From positions 232,004,001 through 232,068,000 of the forward strand of contig NC_091979.1 of the NCBI RefSeq assembly GCF_044704955.1: a stretch of 64,000 nt of DNA. Direction: 5' to 3'. Shown here piece after piece: positions 11,150 to 22,965 of this stretch. Source of the stretch: Pristiophorus japonicus. Lineage: Eukaryota. How positions within the stretch are numbered: position 1 is the first letter of the stretch; every line of letters starts with the position of its first letter. Under the pieces are notes generated by a model, which had not been told where the DNA came from, ran no database searches, and saw nothing but the letters and a program-made list of their open reading frames with translations. A program made the translations under genes and the position numbers.

Positions 11150-11969
11150 TCGCGCTATATTTTCTTTCTCTCGCTCCCTTTCTCTCTCTCACTCCCACTT
11201 TACTTTTCTCCCTCTATTCCTCGTATACTTTTACTCTAATACTTTTCTCTCATTTTCCTCTCTCTCACTCTTTCCTCTTGTTCCATTCGCTCTGTTTTGC
11301 TCTTTCTTTGACTGACCATCACTCTTGCCTGTTTCTCGCTCTCTCTCTATTCCAATCTCTTCCTTGTCCTCTTGCTTTCACACTCTGTCTGAGGATGTTT
11401 TATTTCCTGCACACTTTCTCTGTCACAATATTTTCCCGATGTTTTCCCCCTGTTCTTTCTCTTGTGCCATTTACCAGTGGGTGAGTGGGATCTTTTTGAT
11501 GTGAGTTGCCACCCAGTTGGCTGCTTTGAGTCACTCACCCATTTTATTAGGTACGGCGCCACTTTGCGTCTTTCTGATCTTTTTTCTCTGTGGCTCGGCT
11601 TCTCTTCCTCGCAGAGCCGGTATCAGAAACGATTAAACAGATCGTTAATTCTTCAATATGATGGTTGATATATTAGAGCTGAACAAAGCCAGAGCTGTCA
11701 GATAACAGACACCTTTTCACATTACAGTGGTGCCGTGGGTTAATTGAAGTTTTCCTGGATAATGGTGTCAAGATGCAGGTTACCAGTTTTTTTTAAATGA
11801 ACATGTCCATTCTTGTGTGAATAAATCCAATGGTCTGATCTTTAAGAAAGGCGGGAAGTAAAACCTTAAGGAGTCATTGAGGTTATGACCATGTGACTTA
11901 ATGGGCGTTATTGGCCCCATGAGTTTCAGACAGGTTTCATTCATAAATTGAAGCGAGATTATAGTGGGC

Positions 11970-12230
11970 TGTGGCTGAATTACCTGCCAGAAGTCTTGCT
12001 TCTGATCCTTACTCTTTGTGCAAAGTGTCAGTGTGTGTCACGTGGGCAAAGGATCACATGGCCATGGTGCCCTTCACAGTTCAGTCGTCCACCAACAATC
12101 ACTGTCTGTGGAGCCATGTGAAGCCTGGCCACTTTGGCAAGGTCCCCAGGGGCTGATGGCGCTGCTGGTTTTTAGCACAGGACAGTGAAAGTCCGCTGCC
12201 TACAGGAGAGGCGGGCAGAACATAGGGAAA
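11970..12230 (+). mobile_element. Old diverged SINE-like repeat (second family; related pieces ~3340-3420, 14005-14350, 23780-24060, 45780-45900, 57990-58200)
   Basis: Shared motifs CTGCTCCTGATC, GAAGAATGGCCACTT-like and ACAATTGGCCTC among the copies. Confidence 0.55.
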
Positions 12231-12400
12231 TCAGTTCATGGTGTCAGTGATACACCAGCTATCAGCTCAGCAGTTTGCCAGCTCCCCATCCATTTCCTTC
12301 CTGCCTTCCTTCCCTCCTTCCCTCGTTCTCCTTCTTCCTATTGTCCACCTCGTTTTCCCCCTCCCGCACCTTTTCCTTCTCGTTCTCTCTCTCTTCCCGC

Positions 12401-12544
12401 NNNNNNNNNNNNNNNNNNNNNNNNNNNNNNNNNNNNNNNNNNNNNNNNNNNNNNNNNNNNNNNNNNNNNNNNNNNNNNNNNNNNNNNNNNNNNNNNNNNN
12501 NNNNNNNNNNNNNNNNNNNNNNNNNNNNNNNNNNNNNNNNNNNN
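12401..12544. other. Assembly gap (144 N)
   Basis: N run. Confidence 0.99.
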
Positions 12545-12774
12545 TCAGTGCCCCAGGAATGGGATGGGGAAATTCACTCCGTGTTCCCTCTTCCCAATCT
12601 CTGACCAGTGAGCCCGCTGGGATTGCGGATCTGTGGACACTGGTTCAGGAAGGAGCGGCTTTAGTAACAGTGTCACTCTACAGTCAGTTACCCTACCAGC
12701 ACTAGCTGTCTGGGCTCACACAGCAACAGTTGCCAGTTGGGTGAGGAACAAGCTGGTCCAGCCCGGCGCCAGGC

Positions 12775-13690
12775 ATCCCACTCACTGCGTCCAGCCCACC
12801 ACATCCCACTCACCACGTCCCACTCACCGCGTCCAGCCCACCACATCCCACTCACCGCGTCCAGCCCACCACATCCCACTCACCACATCCCACTCACCAC
12901 GTCCAGCCCACCACATCCCACTCACCGCGTCCAGCCCACCACATCCCACTCACCACATCCCACTCACCACATCCCACTCACCACATCCAGCCCACCACAT
13001 CCCACTCACCGCGTCCAGCCCACCACATCCCACTCACCGCGTCCAGCCCACCACATCCCACTCACCGCGTCCAGCCCACCACATCCCACTCACCGCGTCC
13101 AGCCCACCACATCCCACTCACCGCGTCCAGCCCACCACGTCCCACTCACCGCGTCCAGCCCACCACGTCCCACTCACCACGTCCCACTCACCGCGTCCAG
13201 CCCACCACATCCCACTCACCACATCCCACTCACCGCGTCCAGCCCACCACATCCCACTCACCACGTCCCACTCACCACGTCCAGCCCACCACATCCCACT
13301 CACCGCGTCCAGCCCACCACATCCCACTCACCGCGTCCAGCCCACCACATCCCACTCACCGCGTCCAGCCCACCACATCCCACTCACCGCGTCCAGCCCA
13401 CCACATCCCACTCACCGCGTCCAGCCCACCACATCCCACTCACCGCGTCCAGCCCACCACATCCCACTCACCACATCCAGCCCACCACATCCCACTCACC
13501 GCGTCCAGCCCACCACATCCCACTCACCACATCCCACTCACCACATCCCACTCACCACATCCAGCCCACCACGTCCCACTCACCGCGTCCATCCCACTCA
13601 CCGCGTCCAACCCACCACATCCCACTCACCGCGTCCAGCCCACCACATCCCACTCACCACGTCCCACTCACCGCGTCCAGCCCACCACAT
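12775..13690. repeat. Minisatellite, 28-bp unit CCCACTCACCGCGTCCAGCCCACCACAT built from 14-bp subunits
   Basis: Direct tandem periodicity. Confidence 0.95.
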
Positions 13691-14399
13691 TCAGCCCGGC
13701 ATCCATTTGCACCTTGTCCTGTCCGAAGATTTATCACCTTTTTGAGCAAATATTTTTTCTCTTTGGAACTTACTTTCCACTAATTTCAACGTATCCACCC
13801 TTGTAATATTCTGTGCTCGCCTTGTACCTTCCCGTATGAAGGTACGTCAGATGTGAAAATGCCACTGGGCCCATTGAGTCTGCTCGGTGTATGACCATTT
13901 TATCCTGGACAAGAGGGTGATTGATGGCCATGGGGGGAAATCCTGCTTATAAACAGCAAAATCTCGCTCCAAGCCATGGCTGAGAGTGCATACACTGTTT
14001 GTCATGTGGTACTGAGCCATACATTGCACAAAGTCCTAAGTTGCTTTGCACTGAGTTACCTGATCTGAGCAGGGCTAGTAAGGGACGGACAGGGGGGCGC
14101 TAGAGTTGGCCTGTTTCCCTGAGGTAGTTAGGGGGAAAGATAGCTAGTGATCCTGCTCCTGATCATTGACCAGCGTCCCTTCGCTGCAAAGAGTGTGTGT
14201 GTGTGAGGCTGGGTTGGGTTTGACTGTGATGCCCCTGCAGTCAAATAGCCTGCTGACTAGCCTCCCACATGAAGAATAGCCTCATGGGCAAGGCAGTGGG
14301 CAATGTTGTGTAACCGTGTCCCCAGGACTAGAGCGGAGAACTTTGGAGATGGGGGTGGGCTTCATGGTTACATCTAAGCTTCACGATGCGTCCACTTCT

Positions 14400-15060
14400 A
14401 ACCTCGCGACGTTGTGATGTGTGACTGCTCCTTTAAGAATCGCCCGAGTAATAAACAAAAGCGAGAGTTCAAAGATAACTTCACAGCGGTGAGAGCTGCG
14501 TGCCGCCGAGGGAGCTTTTCAACGGAGACAATGGACCAGTGACGGGTTAAGAGGGAAATTAGAGGGTTTTGAAGTTTTTGCCAGGGAGGGGTCAAAGGTT
14601 AAAAAATGGCCCTTTGTTCCAGCCCTAATTCCGAGGAACATGCTCTCCAAACAAATCGTACAGGTCGGCCGCTTTTGTTACCACTTCTACTGATTGATCT
14701 TTTACTAGTTTACTTTTCTGTTTAGTGCATGTCTTTTGAAATTGTGTGCAGCCTTGTTATGTAAGGTGTCTGCCTGGTGAGTGTGAGTCTGTGAGCAATT
14801 GGACTTTAAACCTAGCCTCTGGCACGGAGGTGCTGGGGAGAGTGATGTTTCTGCCCTCTCCTGCTGAAGGCGCTGACGCCTGACTGCAGCACATTCCAAC
14901 TCGCGGCCGCTGCTCCTGATCTGCTCCGCTCCTCCCTCCCTCCCGCTCGTTCTCTCCGCCTATCCCTCCCTCCGCTACCCCCCCCCCCCCCCCCCCGCCC
15001 TCTGCTCCCTCCTCTCCTGGTCTACTGTGCTCCTGCTTCCACCACTCCACCACCTGCGGC
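14400..15060. promoter_or_regulatory. Unique, partly CpG-retaining regulatory island with DR1 site GGGTCAAAGGTTA (14589-14601)
   Basis: No TE similarity recognised; CpG retention; C-rich promoter-like 3' part; DR1 match. Confidence 0.45.
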
Positions 15061-15290
15061 AGTGTATCCAGAATTCTCCTCCCCCAGGCCGTCGAGCAGT
15101 CACCATGGGACCGCATGCAGTGTTGCAGTCACTGTTTGGCCACATGTGCTTGTGCTTGTGGCGGTCACGGCCCCTCAGTCAAGAGACTTGAATGGCTGTT
15201 CATCATTTGTGAGCCCAGGTGACGTTGGAAAGTTTCACGTTGGATTATGTCCTTGCCCAACACGTGCTCACGGGACAGCGATGGGGAATT

Positions 15291-15860
15291 GTAAGAACAT
15301 AGGAACAGGAGGAAGCTATTTATCCCCTCGAGCCTGTTCCATCATTCAATGAGATCAGGGCTGATCTGCACCTTACTCCATATACTCTCGCCTTTGCCTC
15401 ATACCTTTGGTTAACAAAAATCTATCCATCTCTGATTTAAAATTAACAATTGACCTTGCGTCAATTGCCGTTTGTGGAAGAGTATTTTCCAAACTTCTAC
15501 CACTCTTTGTGTGTAGAAATGTTTCCTAACTTCACTCCTGAAAGGTCTGGCTCTAATTTTTAGACGATGCCCCCTCGTCCTGAACACCCCAACCAGCGGA
15601 AATAGTTTCTCTCTTGACCTTATCAGTTCCCCTTAATATCTTGACAACTTCGATCAAATCACCCCTTAACCATCTAAATTCCAGGGAATACAACCCTAGT
15701 TTGTGTAATCTCACCTCGTAACTTAACCCATGAAGTCCGGGTATCAATCTGGTAAACCTACACTGCACTCCCTCCAAGGCCTCTATATCCCCCCCTAAGG
15801 TGTGATGCCCAGAACTGCTCACAGTGCTCCAGGTGTGGTCTAACCAGGGCTTTATAGAGT
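15291..15860 (-). mobile_element. CR1 LINE 3' fragment
   Basis: LEGVQCRFTRLIPGL..SYEVRL..LGLYSLEFR..RGDLIEV; AAGAACAT tail. Confidence 0.9.
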
Positions 15861-16134
15861 TAGGAATCATGCCTGTTTTACTTTCCCCTCCTCTCTCCTC
15901 CCCCCAAGTACAGGAATATCGAAGCCCCTACTACACACCTGGCACTAACCCATGAACTCCGAGGCCTGTTGTCGTTCCAGGCTTTACTGCACCAGGTGAT
16001 GTGTTTCTGTTCTGGTTTATTGGATTGACTCTTTCCTGGGTACTAGCATCCCTCTATTCTTCATGTCTGAGTATGGGCAGACTATTTAACCGTGGGGGGG
16101 GGGGGCGTCCATACGTGTGCAGTGGTTCTTTTGT

Positions 16135-16809
16135 CAGTCATCCTAAATCTGTGCCCTCTCGTTATCGACCCTTCAGCCATTGGAAACAGTTTCCCTTTAT
16201 TTACTCTATCTAAACCCTTCATGATTTTAAACACCCTGTATTAAATCTCCTCTTAGCCTTCGCTGCTCCAAGGAGAATAACCTCAGCTTCTGTAGTCTCT
16301 CCACATAACTGTAAACCCTCATTCCTGGAACCATTCTAGTAAATCTCTTCTCTACCCGCTCCAAAGCCTTCACATCCTTCCTAAGGTGCGATGTCCAGAA
16401 TTGGACACAATACTCTATCTGGGGCCAAACTAGTGTAGCTTTTGTACTCTATGCCTCTATTTATTAATAAAGCCCAGGATCTCCTGTGCTTTATTAACTG
16501 CCTTGTTTAACTGTCCTGCCACCTTCAAAGATTTGTGCACAAAAAAACCCAAGTTCTCTGTTCTTGCACCCCCTTTAAAATTGTGCTATTTAGTATGAAT
16601 GCGTTCTCCTCATTCTTCCTACCAAAATGTATCGCCTCACACTTCTCTGCATTGAATTTCATCTACCATGTGTCTGTCCATTCTACCAACCTGTCTGTCT
16701 TGAAGCCTATTGCTATCTTCCCCACTGTTTATTACACTTCCAAGGTTTGTGTCATCTGCAACTTTCAAAATTGTGCCCTGTACCCCCAAGTCTAAGTTGT
16801 TAATGTATA
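16135..16809 (-). mobile_element. CR1 LINE fragment (RT C-terminal)
   Basis: YINNLDLGVQGTILKVADDTNLG motif on minus. Confidence 0.85.
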
Positions 16810-17132
16810 CAGGTGCAGCATCCCGAATCCGGAACCCTTGGGACTGAGGCCATTCCAAAATCCGGAATGTCTTTCTTCTGACATAACAAATCCGGAAACA
16901 ACCGAGCGCAGGTTCAGATATTTCTGGATTTTGGAATGTCAGATGGGGGGTGGGGGGGGGGGGGGTCACGGAGGAGGTGTTCGGGCGGGCTGGAGGAGGT
17001 CCAGGAGGCGGTGCGGTGAGGCGAGGCACGAGGTCGGGCAGCGGTGGCACCTCGAGGTCAGCAGGGTCCGGATTCCGGAACATGTTGCAGATTCCGGACG
17101 ACCCTGTCACCAATCGGTCCGGATTCCGGAAC
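16810..17132. mobile_element. Tigger/pogo-like MITE, right end lost
   Basis: TA followed by CAGGTGCAGCATCCCGAATCCGG; multiple (A)TCCGGA subterminal repeats in both orientations. Confidence 0.6.
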
Positions 17133-17218
17133 ATGGGGTTGTTTGTGCACAAATCTTTGAAGGTGGCATGGCAGTTAAACAAGGCAGTTAATAAAGCACA
17201 GGAGATCCTGGGCTTTAT

Positions 17219-17480
17219 ATTGGCCCCAGGACACCGGGATAACTCCCCTGCTCTTCTTCGAAATAGTACAATGGGATCTTTTACATCCACCTGAGAGGGC
17301 AGATGGGGCCTCGGTTTAACGCCTCATCCGAAAGACAGCACCTCTGACAGTGCAGCATTCCCTCAGCACTACACTGGAGTGTCGGCCTAGATTTATGTGT
17401 TCAAGTTCCTGGAGTGGGACTTGAACCCACAACCTTCTGATTTAGAGGCGATTGTGCTACCCACTGAGCCACAGCTGTCA
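17219..17480 (-). mobile_element. Deu-domain tRNA-SINE, tail truncated
   Basis: Core and tRNA head match the family. Confidence 0.85.
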
Positions 17481-18495
17481 AAGGAGGAAAGAGAGGTAGA
17501 GAGACGGAGAGGTTTAGGGAGGGAATTCCAGAGCTTGGGGCCTAGGCAACAGGAGGCACGTCCACCAATGGTCGAGCGATTATAATCAGGGATGCTCAAG
17601 AGGGCAGAATTAGAGGAGTGGAGACATCTCAGGGGCCGGGGTGTGGTTGCGGGGCTGAAGGAGATTAGAGATAGGGAGGGGTGAGGCCATGGAGAGATTT
17701 GAAAACAGGGATGAGAATTTTGAAATTGAGGCGTTGCTTAACCGAGAGCCAATGTAGGTCAGCGAGCACAGGGGTGATGGGTAAGCGGGACTTGATGCGA
17801 GTTAGGACACGGGCAGCCGAGTTTTGGATCACCTTAAGTTTACGTAGGGTAGCATGTGGTAGGCCAGCCAGGAGTGCTTTGGAATAGTCAAGTCTAGAGG
17901 TAACAAAGGCATGGATGAGAGGATGAGAGCTTCAGCAGTGGATGAGCTGAGACAAGGATGGAGACAGGCGGTCTTAGTTATGCCATGGATATGTGGTCGG
18001 AAGCTCATTTCTGGGTCAAATATGACACCAAGGTTGTGAACAGTGTCGTTCAGCTTCAGACAGATGTTCACGAGAGGAATGGAGTCAGTGGCTAGGAAAC
18101 GGAGTTTGTGGCGGGGACCGAAAACAATAGCTTCGGTTTTCCCAATATTCAATTGGAGAATATTTCTGCTCACCCAGAACTGGATGTCAGTCTAACAATT
18201 TAGAGACCGATGAGGGAATCGAGACAAGTGGTAGTGAGATAGAGCTGGGTGTCAGCAGCGTACATATGGAAACTGACGCTGTGTTTTCGGATGCTGTCGC
18301 CGAAGGGCAGCATGTAGGTGAGAAATAGGAGGGGTCCAAGGATAGATCCTTGGGGGACACCAGAGGTAACGATGTGGGAGTGGGAAGAGAAGCCGTTGCT
18401 GCTGATTCTCTGGCTACGATTAGATAGATAGGAATGGAACCAGGCGAGCGCAGTCCCATCCAGCTGGATGTCAGTGGAGAGGCATTGAAGGATGG
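17481..18495 (-). mobile_element. L2 LINE fragment (continues ~20379-20415 after the LTR)
   Basis: [14 protein letters not shown]...[13 protein letters not shown]...[10 protein letters not shown]; LQLNIGKTEAIVFG. Confidence 0.9.
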
Positions 18496-20378
18496 TGTAA
18501 TGTATTTGCTTCATGGGTTCTTTGCTTAAGAATTCATGACAACAACTAAAGTTAAGAACTAAAAACAGAAAATGCTGGAAATCTCAGCTGGTCAGGCAGC
18601 ATCTGTGGAGAGAAAAACGCAGTTAACGTTGGTGCTAGTAAAAACTAGTTGGTTTATTAGCCAAGGTTTAACAATCAAACTACACATTACCAGTTCATCC
18701 ACTGGGCTCACAACTGCATACCTCATCATGGGTCCCCTAAACCCACTGACTGGGGTTTTATTGAGACTTGTGAACATCACGTGACTGGCTAAGCCACTCA
18801 CAGTTCAACGGCTCTAAAACTATTTTTGTTGTATCTGTAAACTAGTGCCCCCTGGTTAAAGGGGGGGGGGGGGTCACACTCCAAAAACTTTCAATCAAGT
18901 GCCCCCTTTTTTTTTTTGATGACACCAAAAGCATAAATTATACAAGTGCCCCCTGGCTAAAAGGGAGGGGGCACTAAAACCGGCACAATAAACAAATTAA
19001 ACTTTAGTCACGTGGCTCAAATTAAAATTTGGTTGCCGGGGGTGATGATGCATTCCAGTCCCTCCGACGCCCACCTCTCGCGGAAGGCCGCGAGCGTACC
19101 GGTGGACACTGCGTGCTCCATCTCTAGGGACACCCTGGCTCAGATGTAACCGCATAAGAGAGGCAGGCAGTCGGGCTAAACAACCCCCTCGACAGACTGA
19201 TGGCCCCCTTGGTCATGCCCAGGAGCAGTCCTATGAGGAGGCCTTCCGACCTGCCCGCTCCCCTCCACACAAGGTGCCCAAAGATCAGGAGTGTGGGACT
19301 GAAGAGCAACCAGAATTTGAGGAGCAGCCCCTTCAAATATTGGAAGAGAGGCTGCAACCTCACACATTGAACATATACATGGAACACTGACTCCTCTAGA
19401 CCGCAGAAATTGCAGGCAGCCTGGGAGCCCCTGAACTGACTTAAAAACTTATTGTACGGGACTGCTCCGTGCAACACCCTCCAGGCCAAGTCCCCAATAA
19501 ATAACGGGAGGACTCCCGCATCGAGAGAACTCCATTGGGGATTCCCTCCTCCTCTGGACGGCAAGATGGTGCGCCGTGGCGTGTCCAGACGGCAGACGAA
19601 GATGGCAAGGTGGAGAGTGTGCAGGAACAGCCCGTACAGGAATCCCCTCCGCGCAGAACTGAAAGGCACGGAGAGGATTTCCCTGAGGCGGCTCAAGTTG
19701 TGAGGTGCCGGCTCCCAAGGGAGGATTCGGGGCTTGGCACCGATGAGGAATTCCATCCGGATGGGGGTAAGTTTGGACGGGATCGACCCAAGTGCTTGAG
19801 CCTCCTCCACACACCTAACGGAGTCAGGGACCAGTGCTGTTTTTAGCGACTCGATGGCATTGGCCGCGCGCTGGACGTCGCCCCAGGATAGGCACCGTGC
19901 CAGCTCGTCTGGCGTCATCCAGCCCGCTCCTCTGCCATCGAGCAGGTCCCTGACCCTGGTCACCTCGCCAGACACAGCCCTCTCGTCCGCCTGCCACCTA
20001 AAAACGGATTCCTGAGCAGCGGCTCCCGAAGGACAGCCGCCACTCCAAACGGGGGTGAACTGCGCTTGGTGGCAGACTTTGATGAATTCCTGGTAAAAGA
20101 CAGGCAGGCCCCCGCATAGCAGTCCTGACCCCCCCCCCCCCCCCCCCCCAGGCTCAAAAACAGGGGCTGTGTGCCATAATTGAGGCCGTACTGCTGGCGG
20201 AAGAAATACATCGCCAGCGCACACCATCTAGGAGGGAGCTCGACGTACAGGTATCTCTGCAAGGTCTGAAGATGGAAAGTCGCAGCCTGGGTGCTGACGC
20301 ACACCAACGCCTGACCGCCCTCCCTAAGCTCAACAGATCTACAAACCAGTGAGCATACTCACAGGTGCATATATTACA
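18496..20378 (-). mobile_element. Solo LTR, interrupted by a Tx1 LINE and a short repeat fragment
   Basis: TGTAAT...ATTACA inverted termini; perfect 5-bp TSD GATGG (18491-18495 and 20379-20383); AATAAA on minus. Confidence 0.75.
18821..20326 (-). mobile_element. Tx1-clade (L1 group) LINE, 5'-truncated, frameshifted
   Basis: EGGQALV...; GDLAWRVLHGAV...CNFCGLEESVFHVYVQC CCHC finger typical of the Tx1/L1 ORF2 C-terminus; diverged ~18-bp TSD at 18802-18819 / 20327-20344. Confidence 0.88.
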
Positions 20379-20416
20379 GATGGAGCGGTGAACTGTGGCA
20401 GACATGTCAAGAAGAA

Positions 20417-20540
20417 CATAGAAGAATCATAGAAGTTTACTGCACAGAAGGAGGCCATTCGGCCCATCATGTCTGTGCCAGCCGGTAAAAAGCTATCCAG
20501 CCTAAATCCACTTTCCACCTCTTGGTCCATAGCCTTTAGA
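20417..20540 (-). mobile_element. CR1 3'UTR tail
   Basis: CATAGAA repeats and GGAGGCCATTCGGCCC. Confidence 0.7.
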
Positions 20541-20611
20541 GGAGAACAATGGATTACAGGCAGATCTAGATGTGATGGGGCCCATATTTGGCAGAAGGTA
20601 CTTAACAACAC

Positions 20612-20742
20612 CAACAACTTGCATTTATATAGCGCCTTTAACGAAGTAAAATGTCCCAAGGTGCTTCACGGGAGCGGTTATCAAACAAAAATTGAGACAG
20701 AGCCATGTACGGAGACATTAGGACAGGTGACTAAAAGCTTGG
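20612..20742 (-). mobile_element. L2 3' tail
   Basis: CAACTTGCATTTATATAGCGCC terminus, shared with the SINE tails. Confidence 0.75.
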
Positions 20743-20814
20743 GGGAAGCACTAGGCTGATGATCACTGAGGAAAATCTACAAGTGTTACTGACATCACTG
20801 TTTGGATCTACACA

Positions 20815-21145
20815 TTTATTGGCCATCCCGAGGTGCCCTGAGAAGGTGGTGGTCTTGCTTCTTGAACCGCTGGTAATGGTTTGATACAAACCGAGTGTCT
20901 TGCTATGTTAATAGGGGGCAGTTAAGAGTCAACCACATTGATGTGGGACTGGAGTCACATATGGGTCCAGACTGAGTAAGGACACCACGTTTCCTTACCT
21001 AAAGGAAATTCGTGAACCAGTTGGGTTTATACGACAACCTGACTGCTTCATGGTCACATTTACTGAGACCAGCTTTTTATGTCCAGACATTTTAAACTGA
21101 ATTCAAATTCTCAAACTGCCCATGGTGGGATTTGAACTCATGTTC
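20815..21145 (-). mobile_element. tRNA-derived SINE sharing its 3' end with the LINE at 5703-6156
   Basis: Reverse B-box GGGATTTGAACTC; left end matches the reverse complement of ~6055-6115. Confidence 0.6.
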
Positions 21146-21941
21146 ATGTTTTTTGTCTAAGAAAGATCCCACAAATGGCACTGAGATGAAGGACCAGTAA
21201 TCTGTTTTTGGTATTGTTGGTTGAGAGAGGAATGTTGGCCAGGAGAACTTCCCCACTCTCCTTCAAACAGTGCCATGGCATCTATTCGGTTTGTTTTCTG
21301 TTGGTGGAGATTGCACCTGTGAATCCCATATTACTGCATCATTTGTCTTTCAATTAAATTTTTCATTTATATACAAGAAATTCACAAGATCAGTCCGGTT
21401 GAAAGGGTCCCTTCAGCCCATTTGATCCCATCCTCCCCAATCTCAACCCAGCCATCTCCCCATTGCACCATCCAGCTGCTTCCGAATGGAGCCAGGAGTC
21501 CTGGCCCCACCCACCCCCCTTTCCTAATGTCCTATTCCAGCTGTTGATCGCCCTCTGTGTAAAGAAATACTTCCTGACATCAGCCCTACACTTGCCTTCA
21601 CTCTCTGACCCCACGCCCTCTTGTCTTACTCCCCAGCATATCTTTGTCTCTGGAATTTTGTGTGGCACAGTAACCATCTGCAGTGGAGACTGCACACACA
21701 CGTGAAAATATACACGAAAATAAGAGTTGCATTTAGACAATGCCTACTCTTTGTCGGAACATCTCGAAGTGCTTCCCACAATGAATGACTTCGAAGTGGA
21801 GGGACTGTTGTCGTGCAGAACGGATGTCATGTTTGCCTAAACCAGCGAAGTTCCACAAACATCAGTGAGATGGAAGGCCCGTTCATTTGTGTTTTTTGGT
21901 CATGCTAGTTGATGGAGGAATGCTGGTCAGGACATCGGGAG

Positions 21942-22420
21942 ATAAGAACATAAGAAATAGGAGCAGGTGTAGGCTATATGGCCCCTCGAGCCTGCACCGC
22001 CATTTAATACGATCATGGCTGATCTGATCACTGACTCGGCTCCACTTCCTTGCCCGATCCCCATAACCCCTTATCCCCTTATCGTTTAAGAAACTGTCTA
22101 TTTCTGTCTTAAATTTATTCAATGTCCCAGCATCCACAGCTCTCTGAGGCAGCGAATTCCACAGATCCACAACCCTCTGAGAGAAGAATTTCTCCTCATC
22201 TCAGTTTTAAATGGGCGGCCCCTTATTCTATTATGCCCTCTAGTTCTAGTCTCCCCCATCAGTGGAAACATCCTCTCTGCATCCACCTTGTCAAGCCCCC
22301 TCATAATCTTATATGTCTCTCATTCTTCTGAATTCCAATGAGTAGAGGCCCAACCTACTTAACCTTTCCTCATAAGTCAACCCCCTCATCTCCGAAATCA
22401 ACCTAGTGCACCTTCTCTGA
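21942..22420 (-). mobile_element. CR1 3' fragment inserted in a degraded DeuSINE (~21725-22470)
   Basis: RGLDKVDAERMFPL..TRGH; LWNSLPQ; ATAAGAAC tail. Confidence 0.88.
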
Positions 22421-22687
22421 AGATGGTAGGATTCTGTTTGATGGAGCAATACTGGTCAGGATGTCAGGAGATGGTGGGCCACTGTTGAGCAGCTCCCATT
22501 CCCGCCCACCACTGTACTCTAGTGAGGCAATAAGCAGAAACCAGGTGGACCTTCACCAGCGTGCAGCGTTTAGTGGCTGCTACATACAGACTTGGATTTC
22601 CGCTGCTACAGATGGAATGTGTGACTGTGAAATAGCGAGAGTCAGGTGCAAAACAAAGTAATACCTTAAAGTATAATAATAGACCAG

Positions 22688-22965
22688 TCTAAATCGAGGC
22701 CCCATCTGCCCCATCAGATGGATGTAAAAGATCCCTTGGTACTATTCGCAGAAGAGCACAGGAGTTTTCCCAGTATCCTGGGGCCAATATTTCTCCCTCA
22801 ACCAACATTACTAAAACAGATCATTATCACGTTGTTGTTTGCTGTGTGCAAATTGGCTGCTGCGTTCCCACAACAGCGACTACACTTCAAAAGCACTTAA
22901 TTGACTATAAAGCGCTTTGGGACATCTTGAGGTGGTGAAAGGTGCTGTAGAAATGCACGTTCTTT
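22688..22965 (+). mobile_element. Deu-domain SINE, headless
   Basis: GGATGTAAAAGATCCC core and L2-like tail. Confidence 0.8.

Larger units (their letters stand above)
6353..11475. repeat. ~5 kb CT-rich low-complexity/minisatellite tract, unit ~CGCTCCCTTT(CT)n (16-22 bp), containing two N gaps
   Basis: Seen directly; source of the spurious SL/RE-rich ORFs up to 1661 aa. Confidence 0.97.

Noticed and set aside
6330-11315. ORFs of 1283-1661 aa and RE-rich antisense ORFs
   Set aside because: Translations of a CT simple repeat lacking stop codons, open in several frames and crossing N gaps.
12633-13783. His/Pro/Thr-rich 350-370 aa ORFs
   Set aside because: Products of the 14/28-bp minisatellite, open in multiple frames.
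14119-14140. TGAGGTAG let-7-like seed
   Set aside because: Rest of the mature sequence and the hairpin are missing; lies within an old SINE.
19124-20227. 367-aa ORF as a host gene
   Set aside because: Frameshifted Tx1 ORF2 C-terminus.
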